NCBI GenBank assembly: GCA_016840065.1
Contig: JAEOTB010000037.1
Span: forward strand, 32,001-96,000
Direction: 5' to 3'
DNA from: Candidatus Hermodarchaeota archaeon
Lineage (GTDB): Archaea; Asgardarchaeota; Hermodarchaeia; Hermodarchaeales; Hermodarchaeaceae
DNA length: 64,000 nt
Positions 1 through 9,760 of this stretch are shown here, in pieces. Each line of letters begins with the position of its first letter. Position 1 is the first letter of the stretch. A program made the position numbers and the translations under genes. The notes beneath the pieces are model-generated. The model made no database searches. It saw only the letters and a list, made by a program, of their open reading frames with translations, and was not told the origin of the DNA.

Positions 1-1421
1 AGACCATACCCTAATACATAGAAGTGCGGAAATCGGTCTAGATAAGGTGCGAGACTGCGAGCATTCACAGTTGTTGTGGCGATAGTCTGTTCCAGAAGAG
101 TAGGTAGCTTGGTTTGGAGTTCATCAAGAAGCACATTACCCTTATCTTTTGCGAGTGTACCCTGCCGCATTCCAATCCTTGTAGCGAGGAATGCGAAGAG
201 GGTAACTTGGCTTGTGTATGTCTTGGTGGCAGGGACACTAATCTCAAAGCCGCAGCCTAAGGGGAGATAGATATCACTAAGATGTGTTAGTGTTGATCCC
301 AAGACATTGATTATGCTAAGGATTCGTGCTTTGCGCGCTTTACAATGATGTACCACGTCGACTATGTCTTTGGTTTCTCCACTCTGACTTACACATACAA
401 CAACATCTCCCTCACCAACAGTATTTCCAAATTGGGAGATGAACTGACCTCCAACAACTGGAATCGCAGGTATGCCAGCTAAATCGTTGAAATAGTAACT
501 TCCTACTGATGTGGCATGAAAGCTAGAACCACACCCTACAAAGAATACACGCTTGGCATCAATAAGTGCATTCTCGAAATTCGTGATATAAGGTTCACGA
601 ACCGCGTTAAAAAGACTTCGAACACTACTCACCTGCTCATGAATTTCTTTAAGCATAAAATGAGGATAGCCGCCCTTCTGGGCTACTCGAATATCTGCAT
701 CTGAAACATAGGGTTTCCGTTCCACAACAGAGTTGTCGCTAATCTTTCGGATTTCGATGCTTTCAGGGCTTAGGATCAATAATTCACCGTCGTGGACGTT
801 AAGGATGTTGCGAGTGACTGGTAAAATACTAGGGAGATCACTACTTACACACGTTTCCCCCTCACCAATGCCCGCAAAAAGGCTTGAACCCATTTTTACC
901 GCATAGACTTTGTCATCATCCTTGTGCATAATAGCGAAGGCGTAATCCCCTCGCAAGTCACTACAACCCTTTCGAATCGCCTCGACCATATCACCGATTT
1001 TATCATAATACCGTTCAACAGCATGCACACATATTTCGCCATCATTCATGCTCCGGATGTTATGTCCCTCATCAGTATACTGCTCACGCAGTGGTAGGTA
1101 ATTTACAATGTTACCGTTATGTGCACCTGCTAAATCTTTATCACAATCGAAGTGAGGTTGAGCATTGATTTTACTTGGTGCACCAAAGGTGGCCCAACGC
1201 AGTTGGGCGATTCCTTTGTGACCAGGCATCTCTGCAAGACGTAACTTCTCTGCAACCTCCTCGATTCTTCCCTTATCTTTTCTTAGTAGAATTCTACTTT
1301 TGTGGACTGTTGCAATACCAACTGTGTCATACCCCCGATATGTGAGCTTTTCAGCCCCTTCAACTAGAATCTGACCAATATCTTTACGTCGATTAGAGGT
1401 AATAGCAAAGATTCCGCACAA
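1..1421 (-). CDS. glmS: Glutamine--fructose-6-phosphate aminotransferase (partial, runs off the window start)
   Basis: Translated by hand from TTG at 1421 down to about nt 180 without a stop: MCGIFAI, YRGYD, RWAT, AHNGNI, KGGYPHFMLKEIHEQ, GCGSS, VSQSGET, EISVPATKTYTSQ. Absent from the ORF track, presumably because no stop falls inside the window. Confidence 0.92.
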   Translation of the reverse strand, partial: MCGIFAITSNRRKDIGQILVEGAEKLTYRGYDTVGIATVHKSRILLRKDKGRIEEVAEKLRLAEMPGHKGIAQLRWATFGAPSKINAQPHFDCDKDLAGAHNGNIVNYLPLREQYTDEGHNIRSMNDGEICVHAVERYYDKIGDMVEAIRKGCSDLRGDYAFAIMHKDDDKVYAVKMGSSLFAGIGEGETCVSSDLPSILPVTRNILNVHDGELLILSPESIEIRKISDNSVVERKPYVSDADIRVAQKGGYPHFMLKEIHEQVSSVRSLFNAVREPYITNFENALIDAKRVFFVGCGSSFHATSVGSYYFNDLAGIPAIPVVGGQFISQFGNTVGEGDVVVCVSQSGETKDIVDVVHHCKARKARILSIINVLGSTLTHLSDIYLPLGCGFEISVPATKTYTSQVTLFAFLATRIGMRQGTLAKDKGNVLLDELQTKLPTLLEQTIATTTVNARSLAPYLDRFPHFYVLGYG

Positions 1422-1516
1422 GCCGTTTGACTCCTTATGTTGCTTTGACAGGCAAGGGAGGTTTAACAGTTTTTTCTATGTTTCACCAGAAAAGGATAGA
1501 GAAGAGTGCGCCTTCC

Positions 1517-2149
1517 TCATGTTTGTGCTATTCGCCGCAATGCAATTAGACCATCTCGAATCAACGCATATCGTTTAGCATGACCAGTTAGATAATCATG
1601 CAGCGTGGAGAAGTCAGAACTTGTGCGGAGTGTTGATATGGCGTCTAGGGCGTTTATTGGTGTTAGTGTTTGAAGACGTGCTGCTCGGCGAAGAAAGAGA
1701 GTCGCTCTATATGCGTCTTCTCGACCAAGCCTCTTCCTGATTCTTTCAGGCACAGAAGACCTTGCAACACGGAATTGTTCTGAAAGATTGTCCGGGTTCT
1801 CGATTAGGGACAAGCAAGCAGAGAATAATATTGTATTTGCCATTATGTCAAATTCCCACCAATGCGTAGGTTGTCCTTGCACAGCTAGGTGGAGGGAGTT
1901 TGTTATGCATAGCTGGCTAGTAGCTCTTTTGTCTAGGAGGTAAAATAGGTCGCTAGCTTCTAGTAGTAACCCAGCAGCTCGTGTGTATCGTTCTTCACGC
2001 CAATAGAACTCGGCGCTTACAAGAGTGGCGACCAACGCATCTGATAGCTTACTCACGTTTCGGAGACGCCGGCTGTCCTGTAGATATTTCCCTAGTTTCG
2101 AATAAGCCACTTCTGAAGTCGGTGAAGACAACAAACCTCTAAGTCGCAA
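1517..2149 (-). CDS. Hypothetical alpha-helical protein
   Basis: 210-aa ORF filling the gap; the frame stays open about 30 codons further upstream, so the start is uncertain. Confidence 0.6.
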   Translation of the reverse strand: MRLRGLLSSPTSEVAYSKLGKYLQDSRRLRNVSKLSDALVATLVSAEFYWREERYTRAAGLLLEASDLFYLLDKRATSQLCITNSLHLAVQGQPTHWWEFDIMANTILFSACLSLIENPDNLSEQFRVARSSVPERIRKRLGREDAYRATLFLRRAARLQTLTPINALDAISTLRTSSDFSTLHDYLTGHAKRYALIRDGLIALRRIAQT

Positions 2150-2367
2150 CTCAGCTTCGGAGACATAGGACTGCTGCTGATTATTGATTTTTTGCCATAA
2201 CTCACTCCAGAATGCTTGCAGAGGAAAAACCCCGTTATCTTCTAACCGTATTATATATTGATTTTTTGCTCTTAAAAAGGGGAAATCCTCAAAGAATTAT
2301 CACAAAGGCAGGAGTTAACCAAACCTTTTTGTTGGCTCATTAACTAAAACCAGGTGGCGTTTGTATA

Positions 2368-5300
2368 ATGGTTTCAAAGAAAACCATCTTCTCGATTCTT
2401 TCCTTGACGGTTATTGCTATTTTGGTTCTCTCATTTATAATTCCGCCGCTATTACTGCCCCCAATTCCCAGGGATGAACCCTACGAGGATGTCCCACCAT
2501 TCGGAGCGGGTGTAGTAGTAAACACCACAGGCGATGACGCCCTACTCATTAACATCACTATTGATGATGTTCCCTTTGATTTACCGTGGGATATTAACCC
2601 CTTTGAAACCTTTGCATTGGTCTCCCCAAATGACCCACCCCGATACTGGAAAAGGACCGCCTACGACACATACTCCTACATCTCGGGCTCAGGCTCAAGC
2701 TGGGGAAAGGATAACTCCACAAGGGTTCCATTAGCAGAACGTGCAAGTGCAGGTGATACAGTCTACACTGTCTCGATGAACATAACACATGGTCTCGGTG
2801 GAGACTTGGAACTATATTCTCTTTGGCCTAACCCTTGGATTATTCCTGATTCTGTGACTTCCCCCTACTTACAACTCCCCTACACTCTTGAAACAGATCA
2901 GTATGGTAGCACGATACTTAATGGACGGTTCGATTCCAATGGTACTTCTGAGCTAACCTATCAAGTTACCTACGATTCCACGCTTAACTGGACTGAAATT
3001 AGACCACAGGCAGTGTCAGCCAGCAACACACCCTCTAGCTTTAGCCTTTACCAAACCCAAGGATTAGATCAGCTAAGTACGCCTACTTCAAATGATATTC
3101 AGAACAGGCTTGACGCTATTCTAGCTGGGGTTCCAGACAATGCCTTTGAAGAGGCATTCGCCATCCTAGAATACTTCAAGGAAACCTTCACCTTTGATCT
3201 TTCTGCGGAGAGACCTGGATCTTCTGAATGTGTCGAATGGTTTCTATCAGGAGGGACAGGAATCGGTCAGGATTTCGCAACAGCCTACACCATGTTTCTT
3301 CGGAAACAGGGCATAGCTGCACGCCCTGTTTTTGGAGCCGCTCTGGGAGTCCTAGATGGTAGTCAGCGGAGTTTACAGTTCATGCATTTACATTTCTGGG
3401 TGGAAGTTTACATCCCGATTAGTAGCTCAGAGGGTTATTGGCTACAGTTTGACCCTACTCCTCTGCCAGGTTTTATCACAGGAACCCCCCCGGCAAGAGA
3501 CCCTTATGTTGTTAGCACATATTACGATCTTGCCATTGATGTTCCTACTCCCATCGTGGACCGAGGCGTCCAGTTCCAAGTACAGGCCACACTCACAAAG
3601 GATGGCTTGCCAGCTCCAGGTGAGACTGTAGAGTTCTGGGATGATACAGAAAATTGGCTTCTAGGCACCAACACCACATCTGCAACAGGAGATGCTTCAG
3701 TTACATTCACTTACAATAACTCGGCGATTGTGGGGGTACACATTCTTCGCGCATATTCACACGGAAAGAACGACTATGGTGGAATCGGGCTTCATGGTGC
3801 CGCTAATCTCACTTTCTTTGCTTCACCCCTAGAGCTTAACCGCACTTCGCAAATCCTGTTTAATGGCACCCTTACGGATGCAGTGAATGGAAGGGGAGTC
3901 TCTCAATATGAGACAATGTTGACTGAAGTCGATATCTACATCAACGCTCAAATAGCTGCTAGCGAATTCACTGATCAAGATGGAATATACACCACTTTCT
4001 ATTCTATCCCCCAGGACCACCATCCGCTTGGAGTGGCAACTGCCTTTGCTTCATTTAGTGTGCCCGGCGTGATTGATCCAGTTGTGAGTCTTCCTCAGGT
4101 GCTGAACATCACAGCTCGGTCCAAACTCTCCATTCAAGCAGTACCCAATGCTGCGCGCGCAAATAGTAATGTGAGCATTTCTGGGCAATTACTTTTCGAA
4201 AATGATACAGCGATACCTGGAGTCACTGTTCAGATATTTTGGAACGGAACACCTCTAGGAGGAGTCATCACAGATGGTAGTGGGAACTTTCTCTATGAAC
4301 ATAATGCGACATCTCTTGGTCAGGTGACCGTTGAGGCACAATACCTTGGTGGGGCGAATGTTTTTGGCTCAAGAGGAACCGTTCCAGTTGTTATCCATGA
4401 CGATGGCACAATCGTAGTCTTCGTTGACGACGATGACGGGGACGACTTAACACAGCGCGGAAACTGGGTTCAGTTTACTGGTTGGGTTGAGAACTCGACT
4501 GGACAGCCTCAAGGAGGTGTCACTGTCAACCTCTTCTTCAACGGGAGCTTCATCGTCACGACCACAACGAATGCGAGTGGCGGTATTGATTACTGGTATC
4601 AAGTACCAACAAGTCAGCCAGTTGGATTATTAGAAGTAACTGGTGATGTGGTCAGTTCTACCTTGCAGGTTGTGAGCACACTAGACTATTTGAGTATCAA
4701 CTCGACAACCCAGCTGATTAGCCTCCAATTCAATGCGAGCCAAGCCCGTGTTGAGGAGGGTATCGTTTTCACAGGTCACCTTGTAGACGATCAACTCGGG
4801 CAAATTTCTGGTGCAAATATATCTGCTGAACTATCTTATGACACTACAGTCATCTCATTAGGCTGGACTCTCACTCAGGCTAATGGTGTTTTTCAATTCA
4901 TTTCTACACTGCCAGCAAGCATCCCTGCAACTGTTTCGTCTGTAAACTTCAGTGCAAGTTTTAATGGTGATGTCTTTTACGGAACCAGTAATGCGTCCCA
5001 AACGCTGGATGTTTTCGTGAATGTTACATTGATAATTGACGTAGATAATGGACCTCACCCAGGAAGAACCAGTATCAGTGTTAACGGAACCTTGAGGGAC
5101 AGTTTTGGACGATCCCTGTCAAACCGTGAAATTCTCTTAATATTCAGCGGAGAAGTAGTATTTTCAGGGAGTACAAACAATCAAGGAAGAGTAAGCTTTA
5201 CACTTCAACTACCATCAGGGTTACCTCAAGTTAGTAGCTATCCCGTTCAGCTTCAGCACAATACAGTCATACTAATTGAATCAAATCAAGAATTAATCTT

Positions 5301-5802
5301 AGTCGAGGCAGAAATAATAATGCAATTTCCAATCCCTATCGGATATATCATACTCTTAGCAATTTTAATCATCGGAGCTATTATAGCAGTTATTATCTAT
5401 CGTCGGCTTAGAGGTCGAGGTCCCCGAGGGTCTAGAGGAGGCCCCTCAGTTGACGCGGCATCAATGTTAACTGAACTCCGCCAACTCCTCAGCGACCAGA
5501 AGTACCGGGAGAGCATCCTCTACGCCTTCCGGATGTTTGAAACAATCGTTCAGGGTAAACTTGGAATTTTCCGAGATCCAAACATGACGCTGCGCGAATT
5601 TGCCAACCTGACGACTGCCCAAGGAGGGTTAGATACGACAAGCATGCAGGTCTTTATCAGAGGAGTGGAAGAAGCCAAGTTCAGCGATCACCAAATATCC
5701 TACCAAACATGTTTAACGACGCTCAATGCGTTTGCGAACAACTATAATGTACTTACTGGCGGTTCTCTCCGCTTTGTTACAAGTCAAGAGACGCCGCAAT
5801 AA
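2368..5802 (+). CDS. Membrane-anchored transglutaminase-like domain protein with Ig-like repeats and DUF4129-like C-terminus
   Basis: N-terminal TM; QDFATAY..GIAARPVFG..HFWVEVY..WLQFDPT transglutaminase-fold motifs; beta-rich repeats with many N-x-S/T; C-terminal TM then TLREF..EEAKFS; first gene of a MoxR operon. Confidence 0.8.
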   Translation: MVSKKTIFSILSLTVIAILVLSFIIPPLLLPPIPRDEPYEDVPPFGAGVVVNTTGDDALLINITIDDVPFDLPWDINPFETFALVSPNDPPRYWKRTAYDTYSYISGSGSSWGKDNSTRVPLAERASAGDTVYTVSMNITHGLGGDLELYSLWPNPWIIPDSVTSPYLQLPYTLETDQYGSTILNGRFDSNGTSELTYQVTYDSTLNWTEIRPQAVSASNTPSSFSLYQTQGLDQLSTPTSNDIQNRLDAILAGVPDNAFEEAFAILEYFKETFTFDLSAERPGSSECVEWFLSGGTGIGQDFATAYTMFLRKQGIAARPVFGAALGVLDGSQRSLQFMHLHFWVEVYIPISSSEGYWLQFDPTPLPGFITGTPPARDPYVVSTYYDLAIDVPTPIVDRGVQFQVQATLTKDGLPAPGETVEFWDDTENWLLGTNTTSATGDASVTFTYNNSAIVGVHILRAYSHGKNDYGGIGLHGAANLTFFASPLELNRTSQILFNGTLTDAVNGRGVSQYETMLTEVDIYINAQIAASEFTDQDGIYTTFYSIPQDHHPLGVATAFASFSVPGVIDPVVSLPQVLNITARSKLSIQAVPNAARANSNVSISGQLLFENDTAIPGVTVQIFWNGTPLGGVITDGSGNFLYEHNATSLGQVTVEAQYLGGANVFGSRGTVPVVIHDDGTIVVFVDDDDGDDLTQRGNWVQFTGWVENSTGQPQGGVTVNLFFNGSFIVTTTTNASGGIDYWYQVPTSQPVGLLEVTGDVVSSTLQVVSTLDYLSINSTTQLISLQFNASQARVEEGIVFTGHLVDDQLGQISGANISAELSYDTTVISLGWTLTQANGVFQFISTLPASIPATVSSVNFSASFNGDVFYGTSNASQTLDVFVNVTLIIDVDNGPHPGRTSISVNGTLRDSFGRSLSNREILLIFSGEVVFSGSTNNQGRVSFTLQLPSGLPQVSSYPVQLQHNTVILIESNQELILVEAEIIMQFPIPIGYIILLAILIIGAIIAVIIYRRLRGRGPRGSRGGPSVDAASMLTELRQLLSDQKYRESILYAFRMFETIVQGKLGIFRDPNMTLREFANLTTAQGGLDTTSMQVFIRGVEEAKFSDHQISYQTCLTTLNAFANNYNVLTGGSLRFVTSQETPQ

Positions 5803-5838
5803 GATGTAGAAAACAAGCTAGTTGGAGGCAACTTGTAG

Positions 5839-7242
5839 TTGTCAGAGAGTAGCGATGACAGTTCTGGTCCACCAGTAGCAGAAGTGAAAAAGAAAGGAAA
5901 AACCACGACAATCATCGTGTTTTGTTTCGTGTTCATCATTGCTTGGATGCCACTGGTGATCAGTATAACTGGTGTCGGTGATGTCGATACTATGAGCTAC
6001 TCCATGTACAGCGATGGCTACAATGGCTGCTCCCAACTTAGAAATACCCTCCAAGGAACAGGAGGATTTGAGGTTCATCCCTTAATCAGCTCACTTAGTG
6101 TTGTTAATGGGATTAACCGAAATAGTGTCCTCTGCGTTTTAGGCCCAACACTCGACTTCTCGATTATTGAGGCGTCCGCGCTCATCGACTTCTTTGTGAG
6201 TGGCTCATGTCTAATCATCGCTGATGACTTCGGTAGTGGAAACCGAATTCTTGATAACCTAGCACTTCTTATCCCTCCACAATATTTTCCCTCAGAACCG
6301 TTTGGGTTCACTTTAAGGTCTGCTGTTCGTTTTGAGCAGCGTCTTCTTCTTGACGCAGGATCAAATGATGATGGGAAACCTCTGCTACCTGCGATCACAA
6401 GCTTCAACGACGGTGGAGCCATTTTCCAAACAACACAAAGAGTGGTAATGAATTACGCCACAGGAATCCAAGGAATCGGAGGGAACTTCACAGTAATCGC
6501 CACTTCCTCTCCTAACTCTTGGGTCACCTCTGATTGGAACAATCCAGCATATGACCCTGAAAGAGGTGACACTGCAGGGCCCTTTACTCTGATAGGGGTT
6601 CTGAGTGTTGCTAATGGATTAATTGTACTTGTTAGTGATCCTAGTATCTTCATCAATGATATGATAGATCGTGCTGATAACAGAAGTTTCGCGTTGGAAT
6701 TATTCACCTACCTTGCCGAACAGACAAACACGAACACGATTATAATCGATCATAATCATTTGTCTTGGAGTCCTCTATCACCTGTACTTTATGTTGGTCT
6801 AGTGATGGGTCAGATAACCTATTTGTCAACGAATTGGCTGCTAGCACCTTTGGCACCGATAATGGCGATTTGGATGGTGAGAAAGTGGGTTACATTTGGG
6901 CGACCGAAGGAGGAGGAACCTAGCGAGGTGTACAGGCTCAGGGGACAGACAGCGTTCAGAGCTGAGTTAAATCGCTATCTTCAAAGCGAGCAATATGATG
7001 ATGCAATTCAGGTGATGTATACTCAACTAAAACGAGAACTTGTACGGCGGCACAGTCTTCGAGGATTCGATATATCAAGACTTCTAGCGGCGAGGTCAGG
7101 TTCTCTCCCTGAACGAGAATTATCACTCCTGAAAGACGATTTGGAAGCTTTGGAAAAAGCAACAGGAGCAAGGCGGCGCATTGACCGCAGCAAGTTCCTC
7201 GACCTATTTTGGAGAATAAAACGAATTAGAGAAAAATACTGA
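5839..7242 (+). CDS. DUF4350-like membrane protein of MoxR operon
   Basis: N-terminal TM, IIADDFGSGN and LVSDPSIFINDMI motifs, operon context. Confidence 0.75.
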   Translation: MSESSDDSSGPPVAEVKKKGKTTTIIVFCFVFIIAWMPLVISITGVGDVDTMSYSMYSDGYNGCSQLRNTLQGTGGFEVHPLISSLSVVNGINRNSVLCVLGPTLDFSIIEASALIDFFVSGSCLIIADDFGSGNRILDNLALLIPPQYFPSEPFGFTLRSAVRFEQRLLLDAGSNDDGKPLLPAITSFNDGGAIFQTTQRVVMNYATGIQGIGGNFTVIATSSPNSWVTSDWNNPAYDPERGDTAGPFTLIGVLSVANGLIVLVSDPSIFINDMIDRADNRSFALELFTYLAEQTNTNTIIIDHNHLSWSPLSPVLYVGLVMGQITYLSTNWLLAPLAPIMAIWMVRKWVTFGRPKEEEPSEVYRLRGQTAFRAELNRYLQSEQYDDAIQVMYTQLKRELVRRHSLRGFDISRLLAARSGSLPERELSLLKDDLEALEKATGARRRIDRSKFLDLFWRIKRIREKY

Positions 7243-7340
7243 GAACAACTGAAATATCACAATGAAAACTGATTATCATTGAAAAAAATAACGAGAAGTT
7301 TTTGTGTATTGAATAGAGAAGTAATGAAGGATGTAAGAAT

Positions 7341-8383
7341 ATGAGTGAACCTCCATCAACCCCAACTCCCCCTCCTCCAGCAGAACCTGCACCCCCTCCA
7401 GTAGAATCATCTGGAATGACAATAGCCGAAGTCCGTAGCCACGCTACACGAATACTCGACGAAGTAAACAAACTAGTAGTCGGGAAGCGCCACTTACTTC
7501 AGAATATACTGATTGGTCTGCTCAGCGGCGGGCACATCCTGCTAGAGGGCGTTTAAGGAACGCTCGGCAAAAAGGTGTTCCCGGTATTGCCAAGACGTAT
7601 GCAGCTAATACATTCGCGCAAGCTGTTGGTTGTTTGTTCAAACGAGTCCAATTCACTCCAGACCTCTTACCTGTTGACGTGACTGGGCATTCAATCTTTA
7701 ATCCTAGCTCCGGTGAGTTTTCTCTCCGAAAAGGTCCAGTCTTTACAAACGTTCTCTTAGCTGACGAGATTAACCGCTCCCCGCCAAAAACCCAATCGTC
7801 TCTACTTGAAGCTATGCAGGAAAAGCAAGTTACTATCGAGGGAACGACACTCCCCCTGCCCCACCCATTTATGGTTCTAGCGACACAAAATCCAATCGAA
7901 CTTGAGGGGACCTATCCTCTTCCCGAAGCGCAAGTTGACCGTTTTCTCTTCAAACTTCACGTCGATTATCCTTCTGAAACAGAGGAGGTAGAAATTCTTC
8001 GTCGGAGACATATCGGAGTAGGAAGTCGGGTAGACGCTGTAGTAAACCCGAACATCATTTTACGGATGCAGAGTACAATAAGAGAAGTGTTTGTCGAACC
8101 GCACATTTTGAACTACATAAGAGACATAGTCGTGCGGACTCGGAATGACCCTCAAATCCTCATCGGCGGCTCCCCACGTGCCTCAATTGTTCTCTTAGAA
8201 ACCTCGAAAGCCCACGCCGCGTTACAAGGCAGAGACTTTGTAACACCAGACGACATAAAGATGCTAGTACGCCATACCTTGAACCATCGCTTAATTCTGA
8301 AACCTGAAGCAGAACTTGAGGGCGCTTCGGTCCACTCTGTAATCGATCGCATACTCCGTCAGATTGGAGTACCGGGAGCATAG
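7341..8383 (+). CDS. moxR: MoxR-family AAA+ ATPase, spliced: exon1 7341-7545, exon2 7572-8383 (338 aa)
   Basis: Removing a 26-nt BHB intron joins ORFs 7341..7556 and 7634..8383, giving [14 protein letters not shown] (Walker A), [18 protein letters not shown] (Walker B), [22 protein letters not shown]. Confidence 0.92.
7546..7571 (+). other. 26-nt BHB intron in moxR mRNA
   Basis: Central helix UGCU/GGCA, bulges AG^A and AA^A, intron hairpin GGGCGUU-UAAGG-AACGCUC, exon stem GGGCACAUC/GGUGUUCCC; splicing gives CTA G|AA GGT GTT CCC = LEGVP. Confidence 0.9.
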
Positions 8384-8389
8384 ACCCAA

Positions 8390-9712
8390 ATGTTCAGCGA
8401 GAGAGGCCGTACTGTTCTTCTCATCGGAATATTCGTACTAGTCGGGGGTTTCGCCTTCACAAACTACTTCCTGACACTCCTAGGTATCTTCCTAATTGTA
8501 GGATCAGTTGTAACCTCACCATATTTCCAACTTACAATGCCCTTAGAAAGTTTACAGGTCACACGGGAAATAGACAAGGCTAACTTCTTTCAGGGAGACT
8601 TCATCCACATCAAACTCGCAATAAGAAACACTGGACGAAGTCGGATTGACTCCATACGTATCTTCGATGTATATCCTGATATTTTCAGACTAGTTCTGGG
8701 GAAAAACGAGCTAGTCACACGAATCGACGCAGGACAAACAATAAAGTTTTCCTATATTATGCAGGGAACACTCCGGGGAAAATATACAATTGGACCCACG
8801 AAGTTCCAGATACATGACAGGCTTGAGTTCAGGTTCGAAGAGCTATCGGCAGAAAACCTAGATGAGATATTGATTTACCCAAGTTACCAAGACGCGCGGA
8901 TTATGGAATCCCTTGCTGCACGGCGAAGGGTAGGTTACGCATTTGGTATTCATAAAACTCGGCAGAAAATGGGTTCAGAGGATTTTGTAGGTATTCGTCG
9001 TTTTGTGAGTGGTGATGAATCTAGAAGGATAGATTGGAAAGCAGTAGCGCGTACTCACAAATTAATGGTGCGCGAGTACGAAACAGAGCGAAACATGAGA
9101 GTCTTCATAATTTTGGATTGTGGAGATACGATGAGTGCGGGAAAGGCTGAGAACAGTAAACTTGAGTATGCGATTCGTGCAGCACTTCTCCTTGCGAAAG
9201 CTGCGATGGAGCGTAAGGACAAGGTGGGGCTACTGGCCTGGTCTACCAGCCAAGATACCTATCTTAAACCTAGTCTTGGGGAGGGCCATTATTATCGACT
9301 CCTCGACATCTTGGCTGCTATAGAAGCAGGAGGAGAGTTTGATTTAGCTGCTGCAGTACAATTCGTCGCAGCGCATGTAACACAGCAGAGCTTCTTCATC
9401 ATCCTTTCAGATTGTGAAGCAAATAGAGCCCAGCTTGAGAAGGGTGTCAGATTGATTCGCGGTCACAAGCACCACGCTATAATTATCGCGCCTTTCGGTC
9501 CATGGTTCGAAATAGAGGATGTATACCTTTCACCAGTTGAACGTGCATTGGGTGAGGCAATAGTATACAAATTACTTGAAGAGCGCCGTGCCCTCTCACA
9601 GAGCTTCCGACGCGTAGGAGTTCCAATTATTGATGTGGGTCCTGGTGACATTTTACCGACACTACTAAGTGAATACCTGAAGGCAAAGAAGAAGGGAGTT
9701 GCACAAATCTAG
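8390..9712 (+). CDS. DUF58 (vWA-like) protein of MoxR operon
   Basis: DFVGIRRF..GDESRRIDWKAVAR..LMVREYE, IILDCGDTM. Confidence 0.88.
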   Translation: MFSERGRTVLLIGIFVLVGGFAFTNYFLTLLGIFLIVGSVVTSPYFQLTMPLESLQVTREIDKANFFQGDFIHIKLAIRNTGRSRIDSIRIFDVYPDIFRLVLGKNELVTRIDAGQTIKFSYIMQGTLRGKYTIGPTKFQIHDRLEFRFEELSAENLDEILIYPSYQDARIMESLAARRRVGYAFGIHKTRQKMGSEDFVGIRRFVSGDESRRIDWKAVARTHKLMVREYETERNMRVFIILDCGDTMSAGKAENSKLEYAIRAALLLAKAAMERKDKVGLLAWSTSQDTYLKPSLGEGHYYRLLDILAAIEAGGEFDLAAAVQFVAAHVTQQSFFIILSDCEANRAQLEKGVRLIRGHKHHAIIIAPFGPWFEIEDVYLSPVERALGEAIVYKLLEERRALSQSFRRVGVPIIDVGPGDILPTLLSEYLKAKKKGVAQI

Positions 9713-9760
9713 ATAGGTGGTTAGCATGGAGGTGAAAACAGCATTTCGCGAATAACTCTT

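Noticed and set aside
65-704. Short ORFs 65..247, 76..270 and 516..704, and the many similar antisense or out-of-frame ORFs across the window
   Set aside because: They are shadows of well-supported genes (here glmS) and have no recognisable motifs
7341-8383. moxR as two genes, or a frameshift at the A-run 7569-7573
   Set aside because: The in-frame TAA at 7554 precedes the A-run, so slippage there cannot rescue the frame; BHB removal restores the Walker A exactly
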